This document shows positions 16,194 through 26,584 of a DNA stretch of 64,000 nt, in pieces (within the stretch, counting starts at the first letter, position 1; every line of letters begins with the position of its first letter). The notes beneath the pieces were generated by a model, which was given only the letters and a program-made list of their open reading frames with translations, did no database searches and had not been told where the DNA came from. This DNA is from a virus (taxonomy: Duplodnaviria > Caudoviricetes), in IMG/VR virus record IMGVR_UViG_2927713021_000002, positions 3,647-67,646 of that record. One strand, 5' to 3'. The position numbers and the translations under genes were made by a program.

Positions 16194-18389
16194 CTAAAAG
16201 TTTCGCCCCACCTCAAGCCAGACGCCATTCTCCCTACGCAGCGTAATAAAGTTGTTAGTGCTGGACGGCACTACGTTGGCATTACCCTTGAGCCGCATTA
16301 CGGCTGAGTTGTGGACCAGGGTGGTGAATCCGTCGAGCCTAACCCGAATGTCCCTCCTGTCAGTTGCATCGTCGAATGTGGTAACGGATACCGCCGAAGT
16401 GTTCGCCAGATTGTTCTCCTTCCACAGGCCTACGCTAGGGGTTGTGTCACCTGTCGGCAAAGAGTTAACTGACCAGCCACTATCGAACGGCATGTTTCCT
16501 TCCACCTCGATGAAGTGGTTGAGGAAGCGCGGCAGGGAGAAGCTTGCAGCTGTAGAGGTGCGCTCAAATACCTGCTTTTTAAGAACGTTATTTGCGAACG
16601 ACCCGCTGTTCATCTCTATTACCTTCATCTGCCAAGCATGCTTGCTGGAATAGACAGTATTGCCGTCAACTACTAGGCCGGTGAGCGAGTGAACGCCTTT
16701 ATTGTCGTTGATCTGACCGAAGTACATAGCCGTAGGGACAGTGGCCTTGGTCGATACCGCACGAATATCATTGTTTCGCACGGTGACGTTGTTCATGTTT
16801 GCAACGGAAAGATCGTTCAGGGACGATCCCTTGCCTTGAGCGAAGTGCTCAACTGCTGTTTGCGTCGAGTTCCATGCGCTTTCCACGCCGATAAAGGCAC
16901 GGTAGCAGTCTCCGACGAGGTCGTTGTCTTCGATCAGGCAGTCAGATGAGTCGCAGTGAACATAAATGTGATAATCGCCAGTGACAACGTTGTTCGACGT
17001 CTTGGTCTTGTTGTTGGTGATCTTGCAGTTCGGCGAACTGAGGCCGACCTTGATCAACGCTTCGCCGATCCACTGGTCCTCTGGGTATATTCGGTTGTTG
17101 TCGATGGTCAGCTCGCGGCAGCCATAGCCAGCCAAGATGCCGGCCGATACGTTGCGGCGAATCTGATTCATAGCTAACAAGCCTTCGCTGGAGGTCCACT
17201 CCATAGCAATGCCACGGATGTTATTGCGGCACCAGTTGCCCACGATCTCCGAATATAGCGCACTGATGTTGGTAATTCCGTAATAGCCACCATCTAGTTC
17301 GTTGAATGCTATGGTGTTCCGGGTGGCAAGAATTGTTCCAGATGGTGCAACGCCAAGCGCAACGTAGTAGGCAACCGCATCCGCATAAGGGGCGATATTC
17401 AGGTCGCAGGCGATAGAGATCGGATACCAGCGGATACCAGTGTTGTCCTTTGTGATGCCTGGAATACCGCGAATATTGTTGAATGCGATAGTGTTGCCCG
17501 ACACCTGCTCAACGCCGGTAGCGAAAGCAAACAGAAGAATGCCGTAGCCATGAACCATGTTGATGATTCGGTTGCCAATGAACTTACAATCTTGGCAGTT
17601 CTCCCCCTCGAAAACGCGCAGACCGCTACCGCCCTCAAGATTGTTGGCATCGAACCTACCAAAATTGCAGACAAAGTTCTTGACGTTTTCGGTTTCCCCG
17701 CTACGAATCCCGCGAAGCCTAAAGCCAGCCGAGGGCGAGGTAAACTTGATCGAGCCGCCATTCCACTGGAACCCCCTAAGCCCGTTGCGGATGTCCACTT
17801 TCCCCGCCTGCTCGTATACGCCCGGAGGAAATACTACGTATCCGCCAACTGCTCTGGCAGCTTCGACAGCGGCCTGAATGGCGCCGGTGTTATCGATCCC
17901 TGGAGTTGGCTCGGCGCCGTGGGCGGTGATACTCACAGGAACTCCACTGAGAGCTTGCGCGACAGTTATGTCCCCGTAACCAACCATTTTTGCGCCAGCA
18001 GAAGAAGCAAGAGCCTGTCGTAGCGCAGCATCCCCTACGGCCTGCAGCTTGGGCGCGTCAGTGGCCCAGGTTCCGGTGAGGGTAAGCGGTATATCAGCTG
18101 CGTTCGTAACCCGGTACAGCTCGCCAGCGCGCTGCACGAGCTGGGTCTGGCGATCGACAACGACGCCAGCGCCATAGGTAAGGTAGACCGACTCATAGCC
18201 CTGTGCGATCAGGTAGTCCGTTACCTGCTGCATGATGCCGACCCAGGACTTGAGAGGCACACCAAGGCGGTTCAGATATTCCCCAAGTTGCCCCGTGAGC
18301 AGCAGATCGATGATGGCAGTATTATCGTAAAGGTCGCGCGGATCGCTCGAGCCATCGGTTCCAACCGGGTTGCCAGTGTTGTAGCGCAT
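16194..18389 (-). CDS. Tailspike / receptor-binding protein with parallel beta-helix (putative depolymerase)
   Basis: MRYNTGNPVG...DPRDLYDN anchor, DNTGAIQAA...VVFPPGVY pectate-lyase-like start, Asn/Ile-rich repeats. Confidence 0.85.
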   Translation of the reverse strand: MRYNTGNPVGTDGSSDPRDLYDNTAIIDLLLTGQLGEYLNRLGVPLKSWVGIMQQVTDYLIAQGYESVYLTYGAGVVVDRQTQLVQRAGELYRVTNAADIPLTLTGTWATDAPKLQAVGDAALRQALASSAGAKMVGYGDITVAQALSGVPVSITAHGAEPTPGIDNTGAIQAAVEAARAVGGYVVFPPGVYEQAGKVDIRNGLRGFQWNGGSIKFTSPSAGFRLRGIRSGETENVKNFVCNFGRFDANNLEGGSGLRVFEGENCQDCKFIGNRIINMVHGYGILLFAFATGVEQVSGNTIAFNNIRGIPGITKDNTGIRWYPISIACDLNIAPYADAVAYYVALGVAPSGTILATRNTIAFNELDGGYYGITNISALYSEIVGNWCRNNIRGIAMEWTSSEGLLAMNQIRRNVSAGILAGYGCRELTIDNNRIYPEDQWIGEALIKVGLSSPNCKITNNKTKTSNNVVTGDYHIYVHCDSSDCLIEDNDLVGDCYRAFIGVESAWNSTQTAVEHFAQGKGSSLNDLSVANMNNVTVRNNDIRAVSTKATVPTAMYFGQINDNKGVHSLTGLVVDGNTVYSSKHAWQMKVIEMNSGSFANNVLKKQVFERTSTAASFSLPRFLNHFIEVEGNMPFDSGWSVNSLPTGDTTPSVGLWKENNLANTSAVSVTTFDDATDRRDIRVRLDGFTTLVHNSAVMRLKGNANVVPSSTNNFITLRRENGVWLEVGRNF

Positions 18390-18446
18390 ATTTTCTCCGG
18401 GCATGAAAAAGCCCGCTCAAGGCGGGCATGCTCGTTAAGGGTCCGG

Positions 18447-21161
18447 TCAAGCCGGTGGGAAGTTGTCGTCGTCCAGGTAGACGCGCTCGTCGTAGTTCAC
18501 AGCGGTGACGTTGCAGCTCACGGTCCCGCTCGGATTGACCTCTTTGATCAGGGCCGGGTAGCAGAACTTGGCCTTAGGCCCGAACTGGATAACAGGCGCG
18601 TCCATTGCGCTATCCAGAACCGGCACGAAGTCCAGCTCAGGGATGGTCAGGCGGTAGTCATCGATGCGGGTGGCGACATAGGGGCCAGAGGCGCTGCCAT
18701 CCCGCCGGCGCAGGGCAATCCAGTGTTCGCCCCCGGCAGACCAGTTGAGCGGCTCGGTAGAAACCAACATGTGCAGGCTTCCCAGCTTCGCGTAGCCTTT
18801 GAGCATCGCGCTCTGCCCATAGCCTGGCGTGGTATCACCCAGTAGCGCGTAATCGAGGTAGCCGCTGTTGAGCGCATCCAACTCTGTCGAGAAGCTGTAG
18901 CGCTTGCGCTGGTAGACCTGCTGCCGCCGGCGACGCATGCCGATACGCCATGCTCGATGCTCATCACCAACGCCATCGATCTTCACCTTCTCGGTGCGCA
19001 GACCCAGATCCCCGGGCAGTCGGCACTCGACGGTCTCAACCTGCCAGGTTGCGGAGCTGAGGTATTCGACGTCCACGCCATCGAAGTCATCCTCGGTGAC
19101 GTGCTCGGCCTCTCGTTTGAGGGGCTTGGTCATGATTTGCGGGTTGTACATGTGGTCAAAGTCCGGCCCGCGCGGCTCGTCACGAACCGGTCGGATCAGA
19201 CCTCTATCGATGGTCAGTTCCGAGAATCCGGCTTGCAGCGCCTCGATCATGCAGGCCTTGACAGTGCTGGCCGACTCGATGGTGCGGTCGTAGAAGTCGC
19301 CGCGGGCCGTCCACAGCGCTTGCAGGCGATCCAGTTCGTCCAAGTCGAGATCTGAGTTGCCGTCCTCGACCGAATAGCCAACGCTTTGCGCAATGTAGCC
19401 GATCCAGGCTGCGATATCTCTGGTTGGCTCGGGCGAAGTCCATGCCCCACCGCGCCTGGTGCGCAGCTTGCGCGTGGCGATGACCGATACCTGGCTTTCA
19501 GACTGGGATGCGATCCGGTTGCCGCCCTTTACCCGCAGGGCCAGCAGCGTGACACCGGCATAGCTGGTCGGCGCGGGGAGGTTGGCGCGCAGGCCGTACC
19601 ACTGGACGGTGTTGGCGTCCTGGGTGCTGGTGGACTTGGCGCCGATGCGGCGCATCCGCACCTCTGGCCGGATGCTCCCTGGAATATCAACCATGAATTC
19701 AGTGAACCCGAGCTGATCCAAGGTCTTCTGGGTGTAGGTCTTCTTGAACGAGGTCCAGGCGCCAGCCAGGGTTATGTCTCGATACTGCATCTCGACGGTC
19801 ACCGACAGGTTGTTCAGGTCACCCTTCCCACCCACATGCACAAGGCCTTGCGGGAAGAAGATGTCCCAGGCGATACGCGAAGTAGTGGTGCCCGCTGGGC
19901 AGGCTGGGAATGGCCCGGACCAGTCACCCTCTTGCGTAGAACCGTCCAGAGTCAATACGGCCGCCGAGGTGGTCAATGTGTCAAACCCAGGCCATGTGGT
20001 GTCGTTGTCGCCTGCGGCGTTCATGCGCTCAACCGATATCGCGGCCGTGCTGGCTGCCGTGATGCGGTATCGCAGGCCGCGGAATCCAATGCCCATGACC
20101 AGACCAGTTCCGACTGCCAAGCCGGTGGCAGCGCCACCGGCTGCCCAGTCCAGGGTCATCTCATCCGGCGCGGAACCGACACCAGGTGTATAGGTGGCGA
20201 CCGTGTAGTTACCCGCGTTCGCCCCGACGATCTCAATTTGCATCCCTGCAGTCAGAGCGAACTGGTCGAGGCTTCCCCGAATGATGTCGCGCCCGGACCC
20301 GCCGTCAATGACGTCCAATGGGTAGCCCACCTCAATCCTCACGATCATGCCGGCGGCCCAACCAGCAGGAAACTGCCCGGCACCGGTAGGCACCGTGATT
20401 GTCTTGCTGGCGAATTGGTATGACTGTGCGTCAGGAACAGGCGTTACGGCGTAGGTCGCCTTCAGTTCGATACCAGCTGTACCGGTGGAGGTTGCGCCCA
20501 CTTCCGGCGCCGAATGCCACCACTGCGCAGCCGGCTCATTGGAAAGGTCGGCACCAGGCTCGTAGATTGTAAATTCGGCATCGGCACCCAGCGAGATCAC
20601 AGGGGTTTCGCCAATCAGGATGCTGCTGACTGGAATGTCATAGCTGCCCTTGCCCACCACCAGCAGCATCTCGATCCACTGAGAGCGCGGGTCTTCAAAG
20701 TAGCGGTTTGGCGGGAGCGCATAGTCCGGGTATGGGCGCTGACGGCCGGCGATCTCGCGAATGACCGCGTTCAGCTTCACCTGGTTGCCCTTCACGGTGG
20801 CCAAGCCAAGGTCGTTCCCACGCTTGGTGTTGCCGCCACTGTTCAGGGAAGGCATCTTCGGCATGAGAGCGCTCATGACCGCCTTGGCTCCGAACACGAG
20901 CGCGAAGGTGATCGAGAACGGATCTGTACCCTTTGGCTCTCGGTATATTTGGACGCTATCTTCGGGTCCGAACTCAATAGACGCCCACTGCGTCGGCAGA
21001 GCCCGCTCACCGTTGACGAACACGCTCATCGGCAGCGCTGCAGGCTCGACCTCTTCCGGCAAACCGTCCGCGCGGAACCATGCCAGCAGGCTCTGGCGTT
21101 TTTTGACCGCGCAGAACTCCGCTGGCCCGGCAGCGAGCTTGTTGGGGTAGATTTCGATCAT
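18447..21161 (-). CDS. Tail tip / host-specificity (TipJ-like) protein
   Basis: 904 aa; IREIAGRQRPYPDY, FDGVDVEY, C-terminal VNYDERVY; last gene of the tip cluster. Confidence 0.82.
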   Translation of the reverse strand: MIEIYPNKLAAGPAEFCAVKKRQSLLAWFRADGLPEEVEPAALPMSVFVNGERALPTQWASIEFGPEDSVQIYREPKGTDPFSITFALVFGAKAVMSALMPKMPSLNSGGNTKRGNDLGLATVKGNQVKLNAVIREIAGRQRPYPDYALPPNRYFEDPRSQWIEMLLVVGKGSYDIPVSSILIGETPVISLGADAEFTIYEPGADLSNEPAAQWWHSAPEVGATSTGTAGIELKATYAVTPVPDAQSYQFASKTITVPTGAGQFPAGWAAGMIVRIEVGYPLDVIDGGSGRDIIRGSLDQFALTAGMQIEIVGANAGNYTVATYTPGVGSAPDEMTLDWAAGGAATGLAVGTGLVMGIGFRGLRYRITAASTAAISVERMNAAGDNDTTWPGFDTLTTSAAVLTLDGSTQEGDWSGPFPACPAGTTTSRIAWDIFFPQGLVHVGGKGDLNNLSVTVEMQYRDITLAGAWTSFKKTYTQKTLDQLGFTEFMVDIPGSIRPEVRMRRIGAKSTSTQDANTVQWYGLRANLPAPTSYAGVTLLALRVKGGNRIASQSESQVSVIATRKLRTRRGGAWTSPEPTRDIAAWIGYIAQSVGYSVEDGNSDLDLDELDRLQALWTARGDFYDRTIESASTVKACMIEALQAGFSELTIDRGLIRPVRDEPRGPDFDHMYNPQIMTKPLKREAEHVTEDDFDGVDVEYLSSATWQVETVECRLPGDLGLRTEKVKIDGVGDEHRAWRIGMRRRRQQVYQRKRYSFSTELDALNSGYLDYALLGDTTPGYGQSAMLKGYAKLGSLHMLVSTEPLNWSAGGEHWIALRRRDGSASGPYVATRIDDYRLTIPELDFVPVLDSAMDAPVIQFGPKAKFCYPALIKEVNPSGTVSCNVTAVNYDERVYLDDDNFPPA

Positions 21162-21553
21162 TGCCGATCTCGGTAGTAGATGATGGTGTTGTGGTCGCGC
21201 TCCCACTGGTGCAGCGGTAGGCAGCGAGCACCACGGGCGGGGTTGATCTCAAGTACCTTGAGCCGCCCGCCAGCATTAACCACCAGGGCAACATGAACGC
21301 AGAGAGCGCCGCGCATTACGGCAGCAATGGCCCCAGGCTCTGGCCCGCACACCTCCATGTGCTCTGCCTCGGCCCGGTATGCCCGGGTGAACTCCTTCGG
21401 CTCGTTGTTGCGAACATGGCCCCAGTTCGGCAGCAGCCGTTGTCCTAGGTGCAGGTGACGCGCCTCCCTGCAGAGCCCCCAGCAGTCATACCTTTCTGGA
21501 CCGCGAGCGCCGTCCTCATACCTGCAGGACAGGTATCTGTTGATCCATTCCAT
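21158..21553 (-). CDS. NlpC/P60-like tail tip protein
   Basis: GARGPERYDCWGL, HVALV. Confidence 0.8.
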   Translation of the reverse strand: MEWINRYLSCRYEDGARGPERYDCWGLCREARHLHLGQRLLPNWGHVRNNEPKEFTRAYRAEAEHMEVCGPEPGAIAAVMRGALCVHVALVVNAGGRLKVLEINPARGARCLPLHQWERDHNTIIYYRDRQ

Positions 21554-21563
21554 AGGTGATGCC

Positions 21564-22070
21564 TCAGAGGTATTTCAGGGCAGGGAAACGCTTGGTATTT
21601 GCAACGTCGCGGGGGAATCCGGTGCCGATCAGGTCGAAGAAACCACATGGCAAATTGGCGTTGTTGCTTTCGAATGAGTCACTCTGCACGGTCATGCGGC
21701 ATGGCTTCTCGCAGGGCGCAGACAAGTCGCTGGCCAGGTAAACCCTGTAGACGGCGGTCACCCGGGCGCTGGCATCAAGGGCTTGGTCGGCATAATGCCT
21801 CACCCTGCCGGTAGTGTTATCCACTCCAAAGGCCAATGCCTGGTTGCCCTTATTGTTCTTGGCGGCCAGCGCAATGCCGATGTTGGCCGCCTCGAATGTC
21901 ACCAGCCTGCCATCCTCGGTCCCGCAGATCCGATCCTTGAATCCGTTGCAGATGAGAACAGGCGCCGACCACGCGGGGCAGGTGATCTCAAGCGTCCGCA
22001 CAAAGGCTTCCTTGCCTCCAGACGCAACCGCCTCCCGATAGATCTGCTCAAGAATGGCTGAGTCGGTCAT
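21564..22070 (-). CDS. Minor tail protein (DUF1833-like)
   Basis: TLEITCPAW...YRVYLASDLSAP...FPALKY. Confidence 0.75.
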   Translation of the reverse strand: MTDSAILEQIYREAVASGGKEAFVRTLEITCPAWSAPVLICNGFKDRICGTEDGRLVTFEAANIGIALAAKNNKGNQALAFGVDNTTGRVRHYADQALDASARVTAVYRVYLASDLSAPCEKPCRMTVQSDSFESNNANLPCGFFDLIGTGFPRDVANTKRFPALKYL

Positions 22071-22522
22071 GCTTCGGGCCACTCCCTGTTAACAGCCATG
22101 TCGATGATGTTCATCATGAACCAGAACTGCGGGAAGTCCTCCCAGCCAGGCTGGATCAGCGAAGGCTCGCGCAGCTCGAGAGTCGCCGACATCTCCCATC
22201 TGGTGATTTGCACTAGCCGTGGCCCATCCGGCTTACCAGTGAATCGGCACTCGAAATTCTGAAATCCTTCCGGAAGCTGCAGCGGCATGCTGAACCACTC
22301 GACGCCGTAGTTCAGATTCCGCGCATACCAGCCCCTGAAGAATGCCGCCTGGTTCGTGTCGAAGTTCCAGGTGAAGCTCACAGTTTCTGGAGCGCTCTCG
22401 AAGTTCAGCCTCTGCCGCGCCCGTCCGGACTCCATGGGTGTTCGAATCATGGGATCTACCGGGGTGCGCAGCTCGTAACCGTTTTGTAGTGGCAGAGGCA
22501 GCTCTGCTGGATATTCGATCAT
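22067..22522 (-). CDS. Distal tail protein
   Basis: YPAELPLP...RTPMESGRARQR; directly after the tape measure. Confidence 0.75.
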   Translation of the reverse strand: MIEYPAELPLPLQNGYELRTPVDPMIRTPMESGRARQRLNFESAPETVSFTWNFDTNQAAFFRGWYARNLNYGVEWFSMPLQLPEGFQNFECRFTGKPDGPRLVQITRWEMSATLELREPSLIQPGWEDFPQFWFMMNIIDMAVNREWPEA

Positions 22523-25500
22523 GATCCCACCGCCTGAAGTCCGTATTTAGCTTGCAGAGCCTGATGCGCCTCATCGTCACCCATGACGCTCGCAACCCAG
22601 ACCTTGATGAAATCCTGATTACCTTGGCGGGTCGTCTGGGATGTGCCAGCCTTCGAAGCGTCTTCGAATATCTGCACGATCGGTTGGGGCATCTGGCTGC
22701 CGACCTGGGTGCCACTGGTATTCTGCGCAGAGGCACTGCTGTTCGATCCCCGGATTGGGGTGACATTTCCCTTGCGCAGCGCCTCGACTGAAGCGACTCC
22801 ACCGAAACGACTGATGTCAGCCTGACTCCAGACCACTTCACCCTTGTGGACGACGCCGGCGGGCTCGTACTTGCCGCCCGAGCCGGTGTAGCCACCCTCA
22901 GAGAAGCCGCCGCTGATGCCGCGGATCAGAGCGTATGCGGCAATCAGTGCGGTGCCGCCAACCGCGGCGGCGGCGCCAAACGAACCGATAGAAGCAACCA
23001 GCGCAGCAGGAGCCCAGGAGGCCAATGTCTCGACAGCGGCCGCCACATTTGCGGCCAGCGTGGTTGCAATCGTCGATAGCGATGAAGCCTCGGCGATGCC
23101 GTCCGCTGCAACTTTTGCGGCAGCCTTGGTCCCCTCGGCCGACACAACGGCAGTTGTTTCAGCGGTGATACCGGCCATTTTTAGGGCCTGCGTTACAAGC
23201 CACTGCGCAGTTATATCGGACAGCGCCCCGAGTACGGACCCTGCCATCGTGGTGCCGAGATTGACGAAGGCATCGCCCAGGCTCATGGTCTGAGTGATCA
23301 CGCCCTGGATGCTGCTGGATATAGATGAAGTTGTGTCGCTCAGGATTGACGCCGTTGCATCCCGCGCCTGCTGGTTATAGTCAGTCGCCATGTCGACGTA
23401 GTTCTGCCATGAGCCGGACACCCCAAGCAGCCACTGCCCGCGCATTTCGTCTTGCTGGGTGTAATAGTCCTGCTGGTATCCAATGCGAACTGCGAGCGCG
23501 GCCTGCAATGCAGCGGTCTCGCTCTCGTAGAGAGATGTGTCGTTGTCGGTAGGGTTCTGGATCTTGTTGTAGTCGCGGCTCAGCTTGTCGAGCTGCTTTT
23601 GGTAGTCCTGACGAATTTTCAGATCGTCCTGCAGCCGCTGTCTGCCTTTATCCCCGAGACCTACACCAGCCAGGGAGCTGTCCAACCCCTCCTTCGCCAA
23701 ATCGTTCTGCGATGTCAGATTTTCCCGGAATGCCTTCAGCTTGGCTTCGTTTTCGTACCGTTCCTTGGTCAGCTGATTCGCTTTCTCAAGCTCGGCGTTC
23801 TGCTTCTGCTGTGCCAAATTCAGCTCAGCCATCGCCAGGACTTGCTTCTGCGAGGTGGTGAGGGTCTTTTTCTCCTTGAGGTTGGCGATCTCAGTCTCGA
23901 GTTCGATCAACTTCCGGGCCTCGGCGCCGAGCTTCTGGGTTTGCTCAACCTCACCAGCAATTACGCTGCTCTGCTGCTGCAGAACGGCATATCGCTGGCG
24001 AGCCTCATCCAGCATGCGCTGGCCTGCATCCTCGCGATACTGCGGGCCTTTTGGAGTGCGCGCATCCTTGTACTTCTCGTTAATGGCAGCAATGTCTTTG
24101 GCCTGCTGCTCTGCAGTTATCAGGATCGAATTGTCACCAGAAGCGCGCGCCTGGGTAACGCGCCGCTCAACCAAAAGCCTGTATTCGGCAAGCTCTCTGG
24201 CACGCTTGTCGGCGTTGCTCTCGGTCTCCTTGCGCATCCGATCAAGAGAAACCTGATCATCAAGCGCCTGCTGCTGTTGTTGCTGAGCAAATCCTTTGGC
24301 TGCTGCTCGGCGATCGTCCTCGGCTTTTTTGATTAAAAGCTGAGTTTTTTGGGCCTCAAGTGACTCTTGGCGAAAGGTATCACTGGGTGTCAAATTACTG
24401 AGAGGGTCAGCTTGGGCCCCTCTCGGGTTGCGCTGCTTCTTTCTGGATGCGCTTTCCGCGATGGCATTCAGCTGCTCATCAAGAGCGCGCAACTGATCAT
24501 CAAGGCTCTTCTCGCGACCGACATTCAGGGCCGCGTCCCATGCCGCCTTTGCAGCACCAGCGACCGCTTTCCAGCTCGACTCGATATAGCCGAGGTTGTC
24601 ACGTACGCCTTTAGAGGTACGGTTGAGGCCCTGCTCGTATGCGTCGTTGGCAATCTGCGCCGCCGCCTGAGTATTGCCCTGCTCCTGAAGTGCTTTGATT
24701 TGCTCATAGGTAGACGCGGTCAGGAAGTTCATCGACTCATTGAGCCTGAGGATCTCGGCAACTGGATCCTTCGCGATCTTCTTGAAGTTGCTTACCGTTT
24801 CCTCTGCGGCCTGGCCGGTTGCCGATTCGAAGTCAATCGCCGCGCGGGTGATCGACTCGAACGCGGATACCGGAATGCGTGCAGATGCAGCGAGCTGAGC
24901 AAGCACTGCAGCAGCCTTGCCGACCGTGCCGCCAGCCGCAGAGACTTGCTGAGCCATCCCAGCAAGCTGCGCCGTGGTTGTTCCTGCAGTGTTTCCAGTC
25001 ATAGCTAGAGAGGCATTGAATGCGCTGGACTCATCGCTCCCCTGCTTGTACGCCAAGGCGAGAACTGCAGCTGCAGCCGCAGCCACAGTGAATGGATTGA
25101 CCAGCCCAAGAACGTATCCACTCAAGGCTTTCGCAGCAGGAACAATTCCTCCAAACGAGTCTTTCAGCTGCCCACCCTGCTGAAGCGCGACCATCATAAT
25201 TGGTTGCCCGGCAGCTATGGACGTGAAAATGTCCGTGAACTGCATTGGCACCATTCGTAGTGCTTGCGCGTTCTGCTTGGCGGAAATACCGGTACGCTTG
25301 AGACCGTCATCGAAGCCAGCCAGTGCGGCCCGCGCCTGATCGATCTTTCCCTGGTACTGGGCGAATGTGTCGGCATCGATGGCACCGATTTTCTTTTTCT
25401 GAGCGAGCTTGCGCTCTTGCTCATCCAGCCGGTTCAGAGCCCGCGTGGTCGGGTCGATGCTCTCCAGCAGATCCTGCAGGCCATCCGACTGCTTCCTTGT

Positions 25501-26175
25501 GGCTGATTCTGCCTGCCGGGCAGCAACTGCAACTTTCTGCGTTGTCTCGGCTACGCGGCCCTGATTGGAGGCAAGGATCATGTTCCCCGAAAGCAGGCCT
25601 TGCTCTGCTTCGGACAGCCCAATCGCTGCGCTGGCAAGGTTGCGCTGATCTTGTGCGGCTTTTACGGACGCCTCAGCAACTGCGAGGATTCTCACGCGAG
25701 CCTGCTCAGCGCTCTCGCCAACAGCCTTTTGAGCGGTTGATACACCTGTCAACGAGGTAAGTGACTCCTGCAACTTTCGGCTGTAGGAGTCGAAAGCCGT
25801 GGCATTGATCTGCCCAGAGTTGCGGGCCTGGACCAGCGCAGCTTCCTGCGCGGCCAAGTCGTTCAGCTTCTTGGTCAAGGGATCAATCTTGCCAAGCAGG
25901 CTATCCAGCTCCTTTCGCTGGGAGGCTGCGGCTTTGGCGGCTGCGTCTGCGCTTTTGGCGGCAGCGTCGTTGGATGAGGTGACCTTGTCGTTAGCGGCCT
26001 GGACCTTGGACAGAGCCATAGCCAGGTTGGCGTAGTCGCCTCCAGACTTTCTAAGCGTCGAGCTTGCTCGCACGCCAGCCTGTTCAAGGGCCTCAAGAGC
26101 TGCCCGAATGTCATTGACTTGCTGCTCGGCACTTCGTCCGTCGACTTCAAGCTCGAGCCGAGATTTCAGCGCCAT
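22519..26175 (-). CDS. Prophage tape measure protein
   Basis: 1218 aa Ala/Gln-rich; QFTDIFTSIAAGQ...LQQGGQLKD; C-terminal GFSEGGYTGSGGKYEPAGVVHKGE. Confidence 0.92.
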   Translation of the reverse strand: MALKSRLELEVDGRSAEQQVNDIRAALEALEQAGVRASSTLRKSGGDYANLAMALSKVQAANDKVTSSNDAAAKSADAAAKAAASQRKELDSLLGKIDPLTKKLNDLAAQEAALVQARNSGQINATAFDSYSRKLQESLTSLTGVSTAQKAVGESAEQARVRILAVAEASVKAAQDQRNLASAAIGLSEAEQGLLSGNMILASNQGRVAETTQKVAVAARQAESATRKQSDGLQDLLESIDPTTRALNRLDEQERKLAQKKKIGAIDADTFAQYQGKIDQARAALAGFDDGLKRTGISAKQNAQALRMVPMQFTDIFTSIAAGQPIMMVALQQGGQLKDSFGGIVPAAKALSGYVLGLVNPFTVAAAAAAVLALAYKQGSDESSAFNASLAMTGNTAGTTTAQLAGMAQQVSAAGGTVGKAAAVLAQLAASARIPVSAFESITRAAIDFESATGQAAEETVSNFKKIAKDPVAEILRLNESMNFLTASTYEQIKALQEQGNTQAAAQIANDAYEQGLNRTSKGVRDNLGYIESSWKAVAGAAKAAWDAALNVGREKSLDDQLRALDEQLNAIAESASRKKQRNPRGAQADPLSNLTPSDTFRQESLEAQKTQLLIKKAEDDRRAAAKGFAQQQQQQALDDQVSLDRMRKETESNADKRARELAEYRLLVERRVTQARASGDNSILITAEQQAKDIAAINEKYKDARTPKGPQYREDAGQRMLDEARQRYAVLQQQSSVIAGEVEQTQKLGAEARKLIELETEIANLKEKKTLTTSQKQVLAMAELNLAQQKQNAELEKANQLTKERYENEAKLKAFRENLTSQNDLAKEGLDSSLAGVGLGDKGRQRLQDDLKIRQDYQKQLDKLSRDYNKIQNPTDNDTSLYESETAALQAALAVRIGYQQDYYTQQDEMRGQWLLGVSGSWQNYVDMATDYNQQARDATASILSDTTSSISSSIQGVITQTMSLGDAFVNLGTTMAGSVLGALSDITAQWLVTQALKMAGITAETTAVVSAEGTKAAAKVAADGIAEASSLSTIATTLAANVAAAVETLASWAPAALVASIGSFGAAAAVGGTALIAAYALIRGISGGFSEGGYTGSGGKYEPAGVVHKGEVVWSQADISRFGGVASVEALRKGNVTPIRGSNSSASAQNTSGTQVGSQMPQPIVQIFEDASKAGTSQTTRQGNQDFIKVWVASVMGDDEAHQALQAKYGLQAVGS

Positions 26176-26229
26176 GGCTTTCTCCGGGCATAAAAAAACC
26201 CGCCGAAGCGGGTCGTTGTTCTGTAGGTG

Positions 26230-26526
26230 TCAATTGAACGCTTGGTAGCACTCGGCGAACGCCTCGTTCCTGAAATCTGATACAGCTTTGTCTTTCAGCC
26301 TCGTAACCGGAGCCACTGGCGCTCCGTAGGCCCTGAGGACGATGGCGTTTGAAAGCTTGCTCTGGTCGCCTACCGATGCCATCGCGTCTTCCAGAAGATC
26401 ACCTTTCTGGCGTGCTGCCATGGCTTCTCCGGCCATAGCTGAGATCTTCTTGCACTTGCTCTGGCTATCATCGGCATGTACAGGCAAAACGACAGCCATG
26501 AGGGCTGCAATAAATAGGCTCTTCAC
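26230..26526 (-). CDS. Small exported protein (moron in tail module)
   Basis: Signal peptide (...LPVHA), two Cys, own SD AAGGAGG and downstream terminator 26190-26213. Confidence 0.7.
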   Translation of the reverse strand: MKSLFIAALMAVVLPVHADDSQSKCKKISAMAGEAMAARQKGDLLEDAMASVGDQSKLSNAIVLRAYGAPVAPVTRLKDKAVSDFRNEAFAECYQAFN

Positions 26527-26584
26527 GTTGACCCTCCTTGTGCTGAGGTGAATCTAACACCCCGGAACCATCCACTGCGAGTGC

